A stretch of 64,000 bases of DNA. Origin: Parcubacteria group bacterium (GTDB lineage Bacteria; Patescibacteriota; Patescibacteriia; UBA2169). A program made the position numbers and the translations under genes. Shown piece by piece: positions 20,213-28,804 of the stretch (positions are counted from its first letter, which is position 1; each line of letters starts with the position of its first letter). The stretch lies in assembly GCA_016181765.1 (NCBI GenBank), contig JACOYR010000006.1, positions 31,664-95,663 on the forward strand, read 5' to 3'. The notes under the pieces were generated by a model. It ran no database searches and was not told the origin of the DNA. It worked only from the letters and a program-made list of their open reading frames with translations.

Positions 20213-21094
20213 ATGAAAAAACAGCAGACCATACGGAAAGCGATTATCCCGGTGGCAGGGTTTGGCACGCGATTTTTGCCCGCAACCAAGGCCCAGCCAA
20301 AGGAAATGCTCACATTGGTTGATAAGCCGGTCATCCAATACATTGTTGAGGAAGCGGTTGCCTCGGGCATCACGGACATCATCCTCGTCACCGGCCAGAA
20401 CAAACGCGCCATTGAGGACCACTTTGACCGCAACTTTGAACTGGAGTACCGCTTAAAGCAGAAAGGGAAGTTTGAAGCCCTGGATGAGCTGGAGGCAATC
20501 ACCAACCTCGCGAACTTCTACTACGTGCGCCAAAAGACCCCGCTCGGAGACGGGCACGCCGTTCTGCAGGCAAAAGACCTGGTTGCCCCGGATGAGCCGG
20601 TTGCCGTGCTCTTCGGAGACGACATCGTGGTGGGAAAAACTCCTGCCTTAAAACAACTCATTGATGTATACGAAAGATACCAAGACGTGGTCCTGGCCGT
20701 TGACCGCGTGCCAAAGAGCGAGGTGGAAAGCTATGGCATTATTGATGTTGCGTCAAGCAACGGAAAAACGCATGAGATACAAGGCTTTGTGGAAAAACCG
20801 AGCCCCAAAAACGCCCCCTCCAACCTCGCGTGGATCGGAAAGTGCATCATCACGCACGAAATCTTTGGCATCCTCTCCAACATGAAGCGCGGCAAGAGCG
20901 GGGAAATCAGGCTTGCGGACGCGTTCGCTCTCCTGCTCAAAAAACGCACGCTCTACGCCTGCGAACTGGAAGGCCAACGTTTTGACTGCGGCTCTAAACT
21001 CGGATTCCTCAAAGCAACGGTCGCGTTCGGCCTCGCGCACCCGGAGCTCAAGCGTGACTTCGCAAAATACCTAAAAAGTATTAGAATAAAGTAG
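20213..21094 (+). CDS. galU: UTP--glucose-1-phosphate uridylyltransferase
   Basis: KAIIPVAGFGTRFLPATKAQPKEML, VRQK.PLGDGHAV, GDD, VEKP, RFDCGSK. Confidence 0.95.
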   Translation: MKKQQTIRKAIIPVAGFGTRFLPATKAQPKEMLTLVDKPVIQYIVEEAVASGITDIILVTGQNKRAIEDHFDRNFELEYRLKQKGKFEALDELEAITNLANFYYVRQKTPLGDGHAVLQAKDLVAPDEPVAVLFGDDIVVGKTPALKQLIDVYERYQDVVLAVDRVPKSEVESYGIIDVASSNGKTHEIQGFVEKPSPKNAPSNLAWIGKCIITHEIFGILSNMKRGKSGEIRLADAFALLLKKRTLYACELEGQRFDCGSKLGFLKATVAFGLAHPELKRDFAKYLKSIRIK

Positions 21095-21097
21095 AGC

Positions 21098-22456
21098 ATG
21101 GCAAAAATAAAAACAACCAAACTCCTCGCCTTTCTCCTGGTGCTCCCGCTCTTGGGCCTCGGGTGCAAAGGGTCGGGAACCGTATCCAAAGACGCGCTTG
21201 CGCCCGTAACGTTAAAGTACTGGCGCGTGTTTGATGAACCGAGCGACTTTACGGACGTGATCGCCGCGTTCAAACAGACCTACCCCCACATCAACGTAAG
21301 CGTGCGCAAACTGCGGATTGAGGAGTACGAAGATGCCATCATCCGCGCCCTGGCAGAGGGCAACGGGCCGGACATCATCTCTGTGCACGCGGCCCAGCTC
21401 AAGCAGTACCAGAATCTGCTCTCCCCTATGCCGCAAAGCGCCACCCTGCCCGCAACCATCATTGAGAACAACAACAAGAGGTCTGTAATGCTCCAAACCG
21501 TCAAACTGCCGAGCAGCCAAGACCTGCGGACCGCATTCATTGATACCGTCGCAACCGACGTCATGTTGGGCGGGCAAATCTACGGCCTGCCGCTCTCGGT
21601 TGACACTATGGTGCTCTACTACAACCGCCAGCTCTTAAACCAGGCAAACGTCCCCGCAGCTCCCCGCACATGGGAGGAGTTTAAGGAAGCGGTCAAGGTT
21701 CTCACCACCCAGGACCAGAACGGCAACATCATCCAGTCAGGCGCAGCCCTGGGAGGGGCGCGCAACATCAACCGCAGCCCGGACATCCTCGCGGCGCTTA
21801 TGATGCAGAACGGCACGGAGATGACCCGGTCGGGCCGCGTCGCCTTTAACGAAGTTCCGGCGAGCCTCTCAAGTTCGTCCGTGGCGCCCGGGCGGGACGC
21901 GCTGCGCTTTTACACGGACTTCGCGTCCCCAGCCAAGGAAGTGTACGCCTGGAACGAGAACCTGCCCGAGTCTTTGGACGCATTCGCAAACAGCCAGCTC
22001 GCGCTCTTCTTTGGGTATGCCTACCACTTGCCGCTCATCCGTTCCCTGGCTCCGGGCATTGACCTTGGCATCACCAAACTCCCCCAGATAGCAGCCGCCG
22101 GCCGCCAGGTGAACATTGCCAATTACTGGTTTGAGGGCGTCACCAAGCAGTCCGAACATAAGGACGAGGCATGGGGCTTTATCCAGTTCGCCGCATCAGA
22201 ACAAGGCGCGGCTCTGTTCCTCGCAAAATCCGGCAAGCCGACCGCCCTGCGCAGCCTCATTGCCAGCCAGCGGGCCAATCCGGAACTGGCCCCGTTTGCG
22301 GACCAGCTCTTAACGGCCCAAAACTGGTACCACGGCGGAAACGCCGCTGCCATGGAAGAAGCGCTCCGCACCGCCATTAGCCAGGTGGTCGCGGGGAGCC
22401 TGGAGCCTGACGCCGCCATTGACCAGGCCGCCCAAAATGTCGGCTTAACGTACTGA
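21098..22456 (+). CDS. Extracellular solute-binding lipoprotein (family 1), no ABC partners adjacent
   Basis: Lipobox LGLGC, GPDI, IYGLPLSVD.MVLYYN, P.TWEEF, AW.FI.F. Confidence 0.88.
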   Translation: MAKIKTTKLLAFLLVLPLLGLGCKGSGTVSKDALAPVTLKYWRVFDEPSDFTDVIAAFKQTYPHINVSVRKLRIEEYEDAIIRALAEGNGPDIISVHAAQLKQYQNLLSPMPQSATLPATIIENNNKRSVMLQTVKLPSSQDLRTAFIDTVATDVMLGGQIYGLPLSVDTMVLYYNRQLLNQANVPAAPRTWEEFKEAVKVLTTQDQNGNIIQSGAALGGARNINRSPDILAALMMQNGTEMTRSGRVAFNEVPASLSSSSVAPGRDALRFYTDFASPAKEVYAWNENLPESLDAFANSQLALFFGYAYHLPLIRSLAPGIDLGITKLPQIAAAGRQVNIANYWFEGVTKQSEHKDEAWGFIQFAASEQGAALFLAKSGKPTALRSLIASQRANPELAPFADQLLTAQNWYHGGNAAAMEEALRTAISQVVAGSLEPDAAIDQAAQNVGLTY

Positions 22457-22457
22457 C

Positions 22458-23720
22458 ATGCCGTACCTCCTGCCCATCGTAGCGCTGCTCGCACTGCTGG
22501 TTCCCGAACCCGCAGCAGCAGACTCCCTGCTCCGAATCTGCACCGCAACCGGCAACTGCGGGGTGTGCGATGTGGTGGCAACCGCAGTCACGCTCGGCAA
22601 GTGGCTCATTACCGGATCAGCCGGACTAGCCTTGGTGGTGATTGTGTGGGCATCAGTCGGGCTCGCAACGAGCGCCGGAAACCCGGAAAAAATAGGGGAA
22701 GCCAAAAAACAGGTCGTGTGGTCCGTGCTCGGAGTGGGATTGGTGTTCGCGGCGTTCTATTTGGTGATGTGGATTGTCATTGCGTTCGCAAACCCCTCCA
22801 ACCAGTTCAAGTACGCAAAAAATCCGTCCGATGCCGCGGTTGCCGAAACCGGAGGCTTGGCCGGTTTTCTGGGCGGGACCGCATGGTGGAACCTGTGCAG
22901 CGAGGCTGATTTGCGCGCAAACGGCGACCGAGCAAGGTCCGCGGACAATATAACCGCGGACTGCAAGTACTGGGGAGACGGCACGCCCTGCAAGACAAAC
23001 CGCAAGAGCATCTGCTTGAGCGGAACGTGCACGCCAGTCGGAGACAGCAAAGTTCAGGCGAGCATAACCGCGCTCGGCGGATACCCCCTTCCAACAGACC
23101 CGTCCGCGTGCGACTATGTGGCCGCGGTTGACCGCGTGTTTGAAAACTACTCGTGCCAGCCGAATGCCGCATGCAATCCGGAAAAAATAGAAAAGGGGTT
23201 CTGCCCTCCCGGAGGCACAGTGTGCTGCGAGCCGTCCACCTTCACCCCGCGGGTGCGGCCAACCGCGGCCCCAGAGGTTTTGGTTCCAACGGCGCCCGGA
23301 GTACCCGGAGCTGGAGGTGATGAAATGGCAATCCGCACGACACTCGGAAATGCGGGCATAGAAGTCAATAAAGCCCCTTGTCCGGACATCCTTACCTCAA
23401 CCGACTGCACGTCAGTCGCCGGACTGTCGCAGAGCACGGTTAATAAACTGATTGAAGCCCACACCACATACAACGGGCGCATCTACATTACCGGAGGGAC
23501 CGAGCGAGGCCCCCATGCCCAAAACACCACGCACGGCAATCAGAACGTGGTTGATATCCGCAACAAGCAAGAGGCGCGAGATGCCCTGGATCAGATGGGG
23601 CTCGTGCGCATGACCTCGTTTTCAAACGGCTATGCGAGGGGCTCCAACTGGTACATCTGCGACACCAACGGCCAGGCTGTAAGCTGTGGTACTGCAAGCC
23701 ACTTACACGTAGAATTTTAA
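22458..23720 (+). CDS. CPR pilin-domain protein with Cys-rich region and C-terminal M15-like Zn-peptidase domain
   Basis: SAGNPEKIGEAKKQVVWSVLG pilin core; many cysteines; C-terminal ITGGTE..H, H-x6-D (HGNQNVVD) and HLH. Confidence 0.7.
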   Translation: MPYLLPIVALLALLVPEPAAADSLLRICTATGNCGVCDVVATAVTLGKWLITGSAGLALVVIVWASVGLATSAGNPEKIGEAKKQVVWSVLGVGLVFAAFYLVMWIVIAFANPSNQFKYAKNPSDAAVAETGGLAGFLGGTAWWNLCSEADLRANGDRARSADNITADCKYWGDGTPCKTNRKSICLSGTCTPVGDSKVQASITALGGYPLPTDPSACDYVAAVDRVFENYSCQPNAACNPEKIEKGFCPPGGTVCCEPSTFTPRVRPTAAPEVLVPTAPGVPGAGGDEMAIRTTLGNAGIEVNKAPCPDILTSTDCTSVAGLSQSTVNKLIEAHTTYNGRIYITGGTERGPHAQNTTHGNQNVVDIRNKQEARDALDQMGLVRMTSFSNGYARGSNWYICDTNGQAVSCGTASHLHVEF

Positions 23721-23737
23721 CCAACCCTAGAGAGCCT

Positions 23738-24088
23738 ATGATCACAAAACTATTCTTCACCAGCCTCGCTATCCTGCTCCCCGCGGCACAAGCCCTGGCA
23801 CAGAACAGCTACGGCAGTGCCGATCTCAATCCGCTCGGAAGAATTGAGGGCCCGCAGGAGCTCTATGGCCGCTTTTTGCAATTTTTCCTCGGGTTCGTTG
23901 GGGTCGGCGCGCTCGGGTACTTCATCATCGGCGGCATTATACTCTTGATGTCCCAAGGGAACCCTGAAAAGGTAAAAATGGGCAAGGACACGCTGGTCTG
24001 GGCAATCATCGGCATGTTCGTGGCGTTCGCAAGCTACATCATCCTGCGGTTCGTGCTGGAGATCATCATCACCCCGACCGGCGCGTAG
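23738..24088 (+). CDS. TrbC/VirB2-like CPR pilin
   Basis: Signal peptide, then GG..LLMSQGNPEKVKMGKDTLVWAIIG. Confidence 0.85.
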   Translation: MITKLFFTSLAILLPAAQALAQNSYGSADLNPLGRIEGPQELYGRFLQFFLGFVGVGALGYFIIGGIILLMSQGNPEKVKMGKDTLVWAIIGMFVAFASYIILRFVLEIIITPTGA

Positions 24089-24174
24089 TTATCAACAGAG
24101 TGATTTTGCAAAAAATGCCGCAGTGTTGTATAATTCATGCATCATAAACCAATTATTTATTAAACTTTGATACT

Positions 24175-24696
24175 ATGATTACGCGAACAACAAAACTGGC
24201 ATGGAAAATGATTTTGAGCGGGTTGTTTTCCGCAAGCTTCCTGGCGCTCGCGCTTGTTCCGGCTACAACGTCTGCCGCCGTAGGTGACGACTGCACGGAC
24301 ACCAAATCGTGCCCCACCGGGGGAGAAGTGTGCATCCGCAACGCTAATGACGGAACTCCCGGAGATGCAACTGATGCCTTTTCTTTCGTCTGCACCACCC
24401 CGCAGGCCACCCAGTATGGTTTAGGCGAGTTTACTGATGTCGGTCTCGGCCAGACCCAGGACCTCAAGGGCTCTATCGCGAACATCATCAACATCATCCT
24501 CGGATTCCTCGGGATTGTGGCGGTCATCATCATCCTGGCCGGCGGATTCAAGTGGATGACAGCCGGAGGCAACGAGGACAAGGTCGGCGAATCGCGGCAG
24601 ATGATCATCCAGGGCATCATCGGATTGGTGGTGGTGTTTGCGGCCTGGGCAATCGCGAGCTTCGTGGTTTCCAACCTCCAATCAGCAACCACCTAG
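24175..24696 (+). CDS. TrbC/VirB2-like CPR pilin with Cys-rich N-terminal module
   Basis: CTDTKSCPTGGEVC module, then IINIILGFLG...GGFKWMTAGGNEDKVGESR. Confidence 0.88.
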   Translation: MITRTTKLAWKMILSGLFSASFLALALVPATTSAAVGDDCTDTKSCPTGGEVCIRNANDGTPGDATDAFSFVCTTPQATQYGLGEFTDVGLGQTQDLKGSIANIINIILGFLGIVAVIIILAGGFKWMTAGGNEDKVGESRQMIIQGIIGLVVVFAAWAIASFVVSNLQSATT

Positions 24697-24814
24697 CCGC
24701 CTCCCCCCTCTCTCCTGCCTATGCACAACCCCCGCCAAATCAGCGGGGGTTGTTTGTTGCGTCCAAATCCTGTTTTTGGTATACTATACACACTGTTATT
24801 ATCCACAAAGGTCT

Positions 24815-25303
24815 ATGATGAAAACTATAAGCATTTTGGCGTCTGGGGCCGCATTTTCAATCCTGCTCCTCCTTGCGCCATCGGCAACAAATGCCGCTCC
24901 TGTTGATGAAGATGGGGTCTGTCAGCTTTTTCCGGTTACCGCAGACGAAGCATGCGGGCCGGGTTTGGTATGCGAACAAACGCCGACAAGCGCCGCGGGC
25001 CAAGGAGTGTGTTGTGCGCCGGGGTCAGACAACTGCCGTTTCGGGTTGGGAGAACAATCCACGTTCACAACCCTGGGTTTGGGCAAAAATGATGACCTTA
25101 AGGGGACTCTGGCGACCATTATCAATATAGCGCTCGGGTTCCTTGGCATTATTGCCGTGATTATCGTGATGTTCGGGGGGTTCAAGTGGATGACTGCGGC
25201 TGGAAACGAGGAGCAGGTGGGAGAGGCGCGGAAGCTGATCGTGGGGGGCGTGGTCGGACTGCTGGTGATATTCATGGCATGGGCAATCGCGAGCTTTGTG
25301 GTA
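24815..25303 (+). CDS. TrbC/VirB2-like CPR pilin with Cys-rich N-terminal module; normal 3' end missing
   Basis: MMKTISIL...ACGPGLVC...CC...GGFKWMTAAGNEEQV...ASFVV. The ORF then reads on to 25528, overlapping the next pilin, which suggests a lost stop codon. Confidence 0.8.
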
Positions 25304-25736
25304 TTATTACGCCTCGCTATACAACCATATGCACCACACCATGACGCCACGCGCCGTTCAAGCCGCAAAATGCATGCTTGCCACGAGCATGCTGGTTCTG
25401 CTCGCTGTTGCAATCGCGGCACCTTCGTCAACTGGCGCGCAAGTTGCGGATCCCCGGGCTGCGGACCAGCAGTATGGCCTGGGAAGCGCCAGCAGCTTCA
25501 CAAATGTCGGCCTGGGCAAAGAGGATGACCTTAAGGGGACTCTAGCGACCGTCATCAACATAGCGCTCGGGTTCCTTGGCATCATTGCCGTGATTATCGT
25601 GATGTTCGGAGGGTTCAAGTGGATGACTGCGGCAGGCAACGAGGAGCAGGTGGGAGAGGCGCGGAAGCTGATCGTGGGGGGCGTGGTCGGACTGCTGGTG
25701 ATATTCATGGCATGGGCAATCGCGAGCTTTGTGGTA
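25091..25736 (+). repeat. 213-bp direct repeat (25091-25303 and 25524-25736) encoding the pilin core
   Basis: About 8 mismatches counted by eye, all in the first ~115 bp; the last ~98 bp are identical. Confidence 0.9.
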
Positions 25737-25757
25737 AGCTCCTCGGCTCGGATATGA
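25329..25757 (+). CDS. TrbC/VirB2-like CPR pilin; C-terminus supplied by the palindromic element
   Basis: Pilin core nearly identical to the previous gene; ends FVV-SSSARI* inside element copy 2. Confidence 0.8.
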   Translation: MHHTMTPRAVQAAKCMLATSMLVLLAVAIAAPSSTGAQVADPRAADQQYGLGSASSFTNVGLGKEDDLKGTLATVINIALGFLGIIAVIIVMFGGFKWMTAAGNEEQVGEARKLIVGGVVGLLVIFMAWAIASFVVSSSARI

Positions 25758-25797
25758 AAAAGAATACTTTTTCATATCACTCGCTCTACGTCGCTAA
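25737..25797. repeat. Palindromic element, copy 2
   Basis: AGCTCCTCGGCTCG-GATATGAAAAAG-AATA-CTTTTTCATATC-ACTCGCTCTACGTCGCTAA; two compensatory pair changes relative to copy 1. Confidence 0.8.
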
Positions 25798-25809
25798 TAA
25801 AACAATGCT

Positions 25810-26208
25810 ATGCCGATAGTTAAATCGTTTTCCTTAAGAATCAACCTGATCGTCGCGGCGGGCATGCTCGCATTCGCGATTCTCGCGCCGGTTCCGGCGC
25901 TCGCCCAAACCGACCCGTTCGGCGTGGAAGATGCGGCCAGGATCAACGTGGGCGAAGAGCGGGACCTTAAATTTGCCATTGCGAACATCGTGAACGTAGT
26001 ACTCGGATTTTTGGGAATCCTTGCGGTCATCATCATCATGTATGCGGGATTCAAATGGATGACCGCGTCCGGAAACGAAGAGCAGGTGGGCGAAGCCCGA
26101 AAAATGCTCTTGCAGGCGGTCATCGGCTTAATCATCATCATGGGAGCCTGGGTCATTATAAACTTCGTCACCGGAGAATTCGGCAGAGCGGTCCAGCTTG
26201 AAAACTAA
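25810..26208 (+). CDS. TrbC/VirB2-like CPR pilin
   Basis: Signal peptide ...PALAQ; YAGFKWMTASGNEEQVGEARK. Confidence 0.88.
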   Translation: MPIVKSFSLRINLIVAAGMLAFAILAPVPALAQTDPFGVEDAARINVGEERDLKFAIANIVNVVLGFLGILAVIIIMYAGFKWMTASGNEEQVGEARKMLLQAVIGLIIIMGAWVIINFVTGEFGRAVQLEN

Positions 26209-26905
26209 CCGGCCCCGGGCCGCTTACGCAACACGTATGACCGCACGCCGCACTCTCATCGTAGCACTCCTCGTTTCCGGATTGGCGGGATTCGCGGCAA
26301 GCCCGCACCCGGCATTTGCCCAGCGCAGCGCCGCCGGGGAAAACGCGCTCAATTTTTTGGATGCGACCGCGGAAAAGGGCGGGCTCTCAAGCGGCATCAA
26401 AAACGCGGGATTCAGCAGTGAGGACGCGGTGCTCGGCATTGTGGGCAACATCATCAACGTCATCCTTGGATTCGTGGGAATCATCTTCTTTGTCCAGATG
26501 TTCTACGCGGGCTTCAGGTGGATGTCGTCCGGCGGCAACGAGGAGGTCGTAACCGAAGCCAGGCAGACCATCAAGAGCGCAGTCATCGGCATTGCGGTGG
26601 TGTTTGCCGCGTTCGTGGTTACGAACTTTACCTTGAATCAAATCGCAAGCATCACTGGGCCCACGCGGCCATCCGGGTTGCCCCCTGAAGATGAGAGCTA
26701 TGACCCAAGTTTAGATGCCCCGGGCGGAGACTTAAATTTCGGCGAACTACCTCCGCCGCTTGGGACATGCATCTATCCAAAAAGCGGCGAATGTGATGCC
26801 GGAAACACCGGGTGGACTGACCTGCAAAGTGATGTATCTGAAAATGCTTGCATGACTCTCGCTGCTTCGGCTTGTGGCGACCCTGATTTGCACGACTGGT
26901 ATTAA
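26198..26905 (+). CDS. CPR pilin with Pro/Cys-rich C-terminal extension
   Basis: YAGFRWMSSGGNEEVVTEAR core; C-terminal LGTCIY...C...C...C. Confidence 0.85.
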   Translation: MKTNRPRAAYATRMTARRTLIVALLVSGLAGFAASPHPAFAQRSAAGENALNFLDATAEKGGLSSGIKNAGFSSEDAVLGIVGNIINVILGFVGIIFFVQMFYAGFRWMSSGGNEEVVTEARQTIKSAVIGIAVVFAAFVVTNFTLNQIASITGPTRPSGLPPEDESYDPSLDAPGGDLNFGELPPPLGTCIYPKSGECDAGNTGWTDLQSDVSENACMTLAASACGDPDLHDWY

Positions 26906-26911
26906 TATACT

Positions 26912-27340
26912 ATGAAATACGCCGCTCTAATATCACTATTCTTGGCAACCCTGTCTATAACTCTGTTTTCTTTTCAAGTCGTGGCTCATGCCCAAAATAC
27001 TGATACCAAACTCGCGAGCGCGGTTGGCGATGCCCGTGGAAAACTCAATGCCATTGGCTCAATCACAGGCTTGGGACGGGTTGACGTTTCAACTGACGCT
27101 GGTCTGTACGAAAAAATCGCGGCAGTCATCAATATCCTGCTCGGGTTTGCGGGCGTAATTGCGACCATCTATATAATTGTTGCGGGAATCCAGTGGATTA
27201 CGGCAAGCGGCAATGAGGAACAGGTTACCGAAGCGCGCGGAAACATAAGGAACGCGGTCATCGGCTTGGTGGTTATATTCCTCGCGTTTGTCATCACCAA
27301 TTTCGTCACCAAATCACTCATTGACGTAATCGGCGGCTGA
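26912..27340 (+). CDS. TrbC/VirB2-like CPR pilin
   Basis: AGIQWITASGNEEQVTEARGNIRNAVIG. Confidence 0.88.
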   Translation: MKYAALISLFLATLSITLFSFQVVAHAQNTDTKLASAVGDARGKLNAIGSITGLGRVDVSTDAGLYEKIAAVINILLGFAGVIATIYIIVAGIQWITASGNEEQVTEARGNIRNAVIGLVVIFLAFVITNFVTKSLIDVIGG

Positions 27341-27356
27341 CGCTAAAAACTTCCCT

Positions 27357-27989
27357 ATGAAAATCTTTCTCACAGCCATTGCCTTAACAGGCCTCCTCGC
27401 AGCCGCGGCTCCGGCGCACGCGGTATCCGGCGTCAACCAGCTCAAGAACAACCTCGGCATCATCGGAACCGAAACCGGGCTCGGCACCCAAGGGGACTCA
27501 AGTCTTCCGGAAAAAATCGCGGCAATTGTGAACATAGCGCTCGGGTTTGTAGCGCTCATCGGGGTGATCATGATCATCTACGCGGGCTTTAAGTGGATGA
27601 CAGCCGGCGGCAACGAGGAGCAAATAAAAGAAGCCAAAGGCCATATCCGCAATGCGGTCATCGGCATTGTCATTATTATGCTCGCGTTCGTAATTGTCAA
27701 TTTTACCGTGAACAAGCTCTCGGAAACCGTGGGTGTGGGCGAGGGCGGAGGAGGAGGGGGAAACGTCATCAGCGGACTTTGTGAATTTGATGTTGGCGGC
27801 GGGCTTATGTTCTGCGTACCTCGGTCAGAATCAGAGTGCCAAACCCTTGGGGGAACCTATAACGCGCAGTGCGAAAAGCAGACTTACTGCAGGTGCGCAA
27901 GCGGATGCGGGGCAAACAACTGCCTTATTATGACCGAAAATGCATGCGAAAGGAAGAGTGGAGCGCTTAGCGACGCGCCCTGTAATTGA
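27357..27989 (+). CDS. CPR pilin with Gly linker and Cys-rich C-terminal repeats
   Basis: YAGFKWMTAGGNEEQIKEAK core, GEGGGGGG linker and 10 cysteines in the tail. Confidence 0.88.
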   Translation: MKIFLTAIALTGLLAAAAPAHAVSGVNQLKNNLGIIGTETGLGTQGDSSLPEKIAAIVNIALGFVALIGVIMIIYAGFKWMTAGGNEEQIKEAKGHIRNAVIGIVIIMLAFVIVNFTVNKLSETVGVGEGGGGGGNVISGLCEFDVGGGLMFCVPRSESECQTLGGTYNAQCEKQTYCRCASGCGANNCLIMTENACERKSGALSDAPCN

Positions 27990-28002
27990 GTAGCAATGCG
28001 TC

Positions 28003-28035
28003 AAAAACAGCCCGCCCCCAAGGTGGGCTGTTTTT
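28003..28035. terminator. Intrinsic terminator at the end of the pilin array
   Basis: AAAAACAGCCCGCC-CCCAA-GGTGGGCTGTTTTT. Confidence 0.8.
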
Positions 28036-28042
28036 GAGCGTT

Positions 28043-28071
28043 TTGACTTTTGTATACACATTGTGTATACT
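28043..28071 (+). promoter_or_regulatory. TA-operon promoter with overlapping palindromic operator
   Basis: TTGACT-N17-TATACT, overlapped by inverted repeat GTATACACA-T-TGTGTATAC (28052-28070), as expected for antitoxin autorepression. Confidence 0.75.
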
Positions 28072-28098
28072 GACCGCATCATCAATCACATCAATCCC

Positions 28099-28431
28099 AT
28101 GATTAAAGACACCACCATCAACATCAGGACAAACGCCAAAATCAAAAAACGAGTAGCCCAAAAAGCGCGCGAGCGAGGCCTTACGCTTTCGGGACTCACG
28201 AATCTGTTCTTCCAGAATTTTGTGCAGAACGAACAAACGCTCATAGACAAGCTTGAGGAGCGCATGTTTGATAACGCCCTGCAGTCAGCGCCCATTAGAG
28301 AGAAGCTTACCCGATCGGATAGCGCGCTGGAAAAAAGACTCGCTGAAGACGCAAAAGATTTGGCGCGGATGCATTTTGATGATCTGCCGTCTGAAGACGA
28401 ATGGGTTGCCATACAGCCATCCATCAATTAA
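28099..28431 (+). CDS. RHH-type (RelB/DinJ-like) antitoxin
   Basis: TTINIRT...IKKR....A..RGLTLS ribbon-helix-helix pattern; upstream of a MazF toxin. Confidence 0.7.
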   Translation: MIKDTTINIRTNAKIKKRVAQKARERGLTLSGLTNLFFQNFVQNEQTLIDKLEERMFDNALQSAPIREKLTRSDSALEKRLAEDAKDLARMHFDDLPSEDEWVAIQPSIN

Positions 28432-28434
28432 CCT

Positions 28435-28773
28435 ATGGATTTCCACCAAGGCGACATAGCGCTCGCAAACCTCAATCCGACCAGAGGGCACGAGCAAGCG
28501 GGCTTTAGGCCTGTGTTGATCATGCAAGCCAACATCCTCAACAAGCACCTAAGCACGGTCATCATAGCGCCAATCACCACAAATCTTGGTGCCCGAGGAA
28601 AGCTTACCACCTATCTCCTAGCTAAGGATGTATCAGGGCTTGACTATGATTCGGTCGTGCTCGTCCATCAAATACGCGCGCTTGACAAACAGCGATTAGA
28701 GAAAAAAATAACGAGCATATCTCACGATGAATTCCAAAAGATAAGAGAGAAACTGCTGTTTGTGTTCGGTTGA
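28435..28773 (+). CDS. PemK/MazF-family toxin
   Basis: GDI..ANLNPTRGHEQAG.RPVLI, VIIAPIT, DSVVL..QIRALDK.RL. Confidence 0.93.
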   Translation: MDFHQGDIALANLNPTRGHEQAGFRPVLIMQANILNKHLSTVIIAPITTNLGARGKLTTYLLAKDVSGLDYDSVVLVHQIRALDKQRLEKKITSISHDEFQKIREKLLFVFG

Positions 28774-28804
28774 TTTTTTTGCGCTTTTCTGATACCATAA
28801 CCCT

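Noticed and set aside
24799-24807. Perfect DnaA box TTATCCACA inside the pilin array as an origin
   Set aside because: It is isolated, in a short gap, with no AT-rich unwinding region or apparent skew change.
25091-25736. Diversity-generating retroelement TR/VR pair
   Set aside because: Differences are not adenine-specific and are mostly synonymous, they lie in the conserved core, and no reverse transcriptase is in the window.
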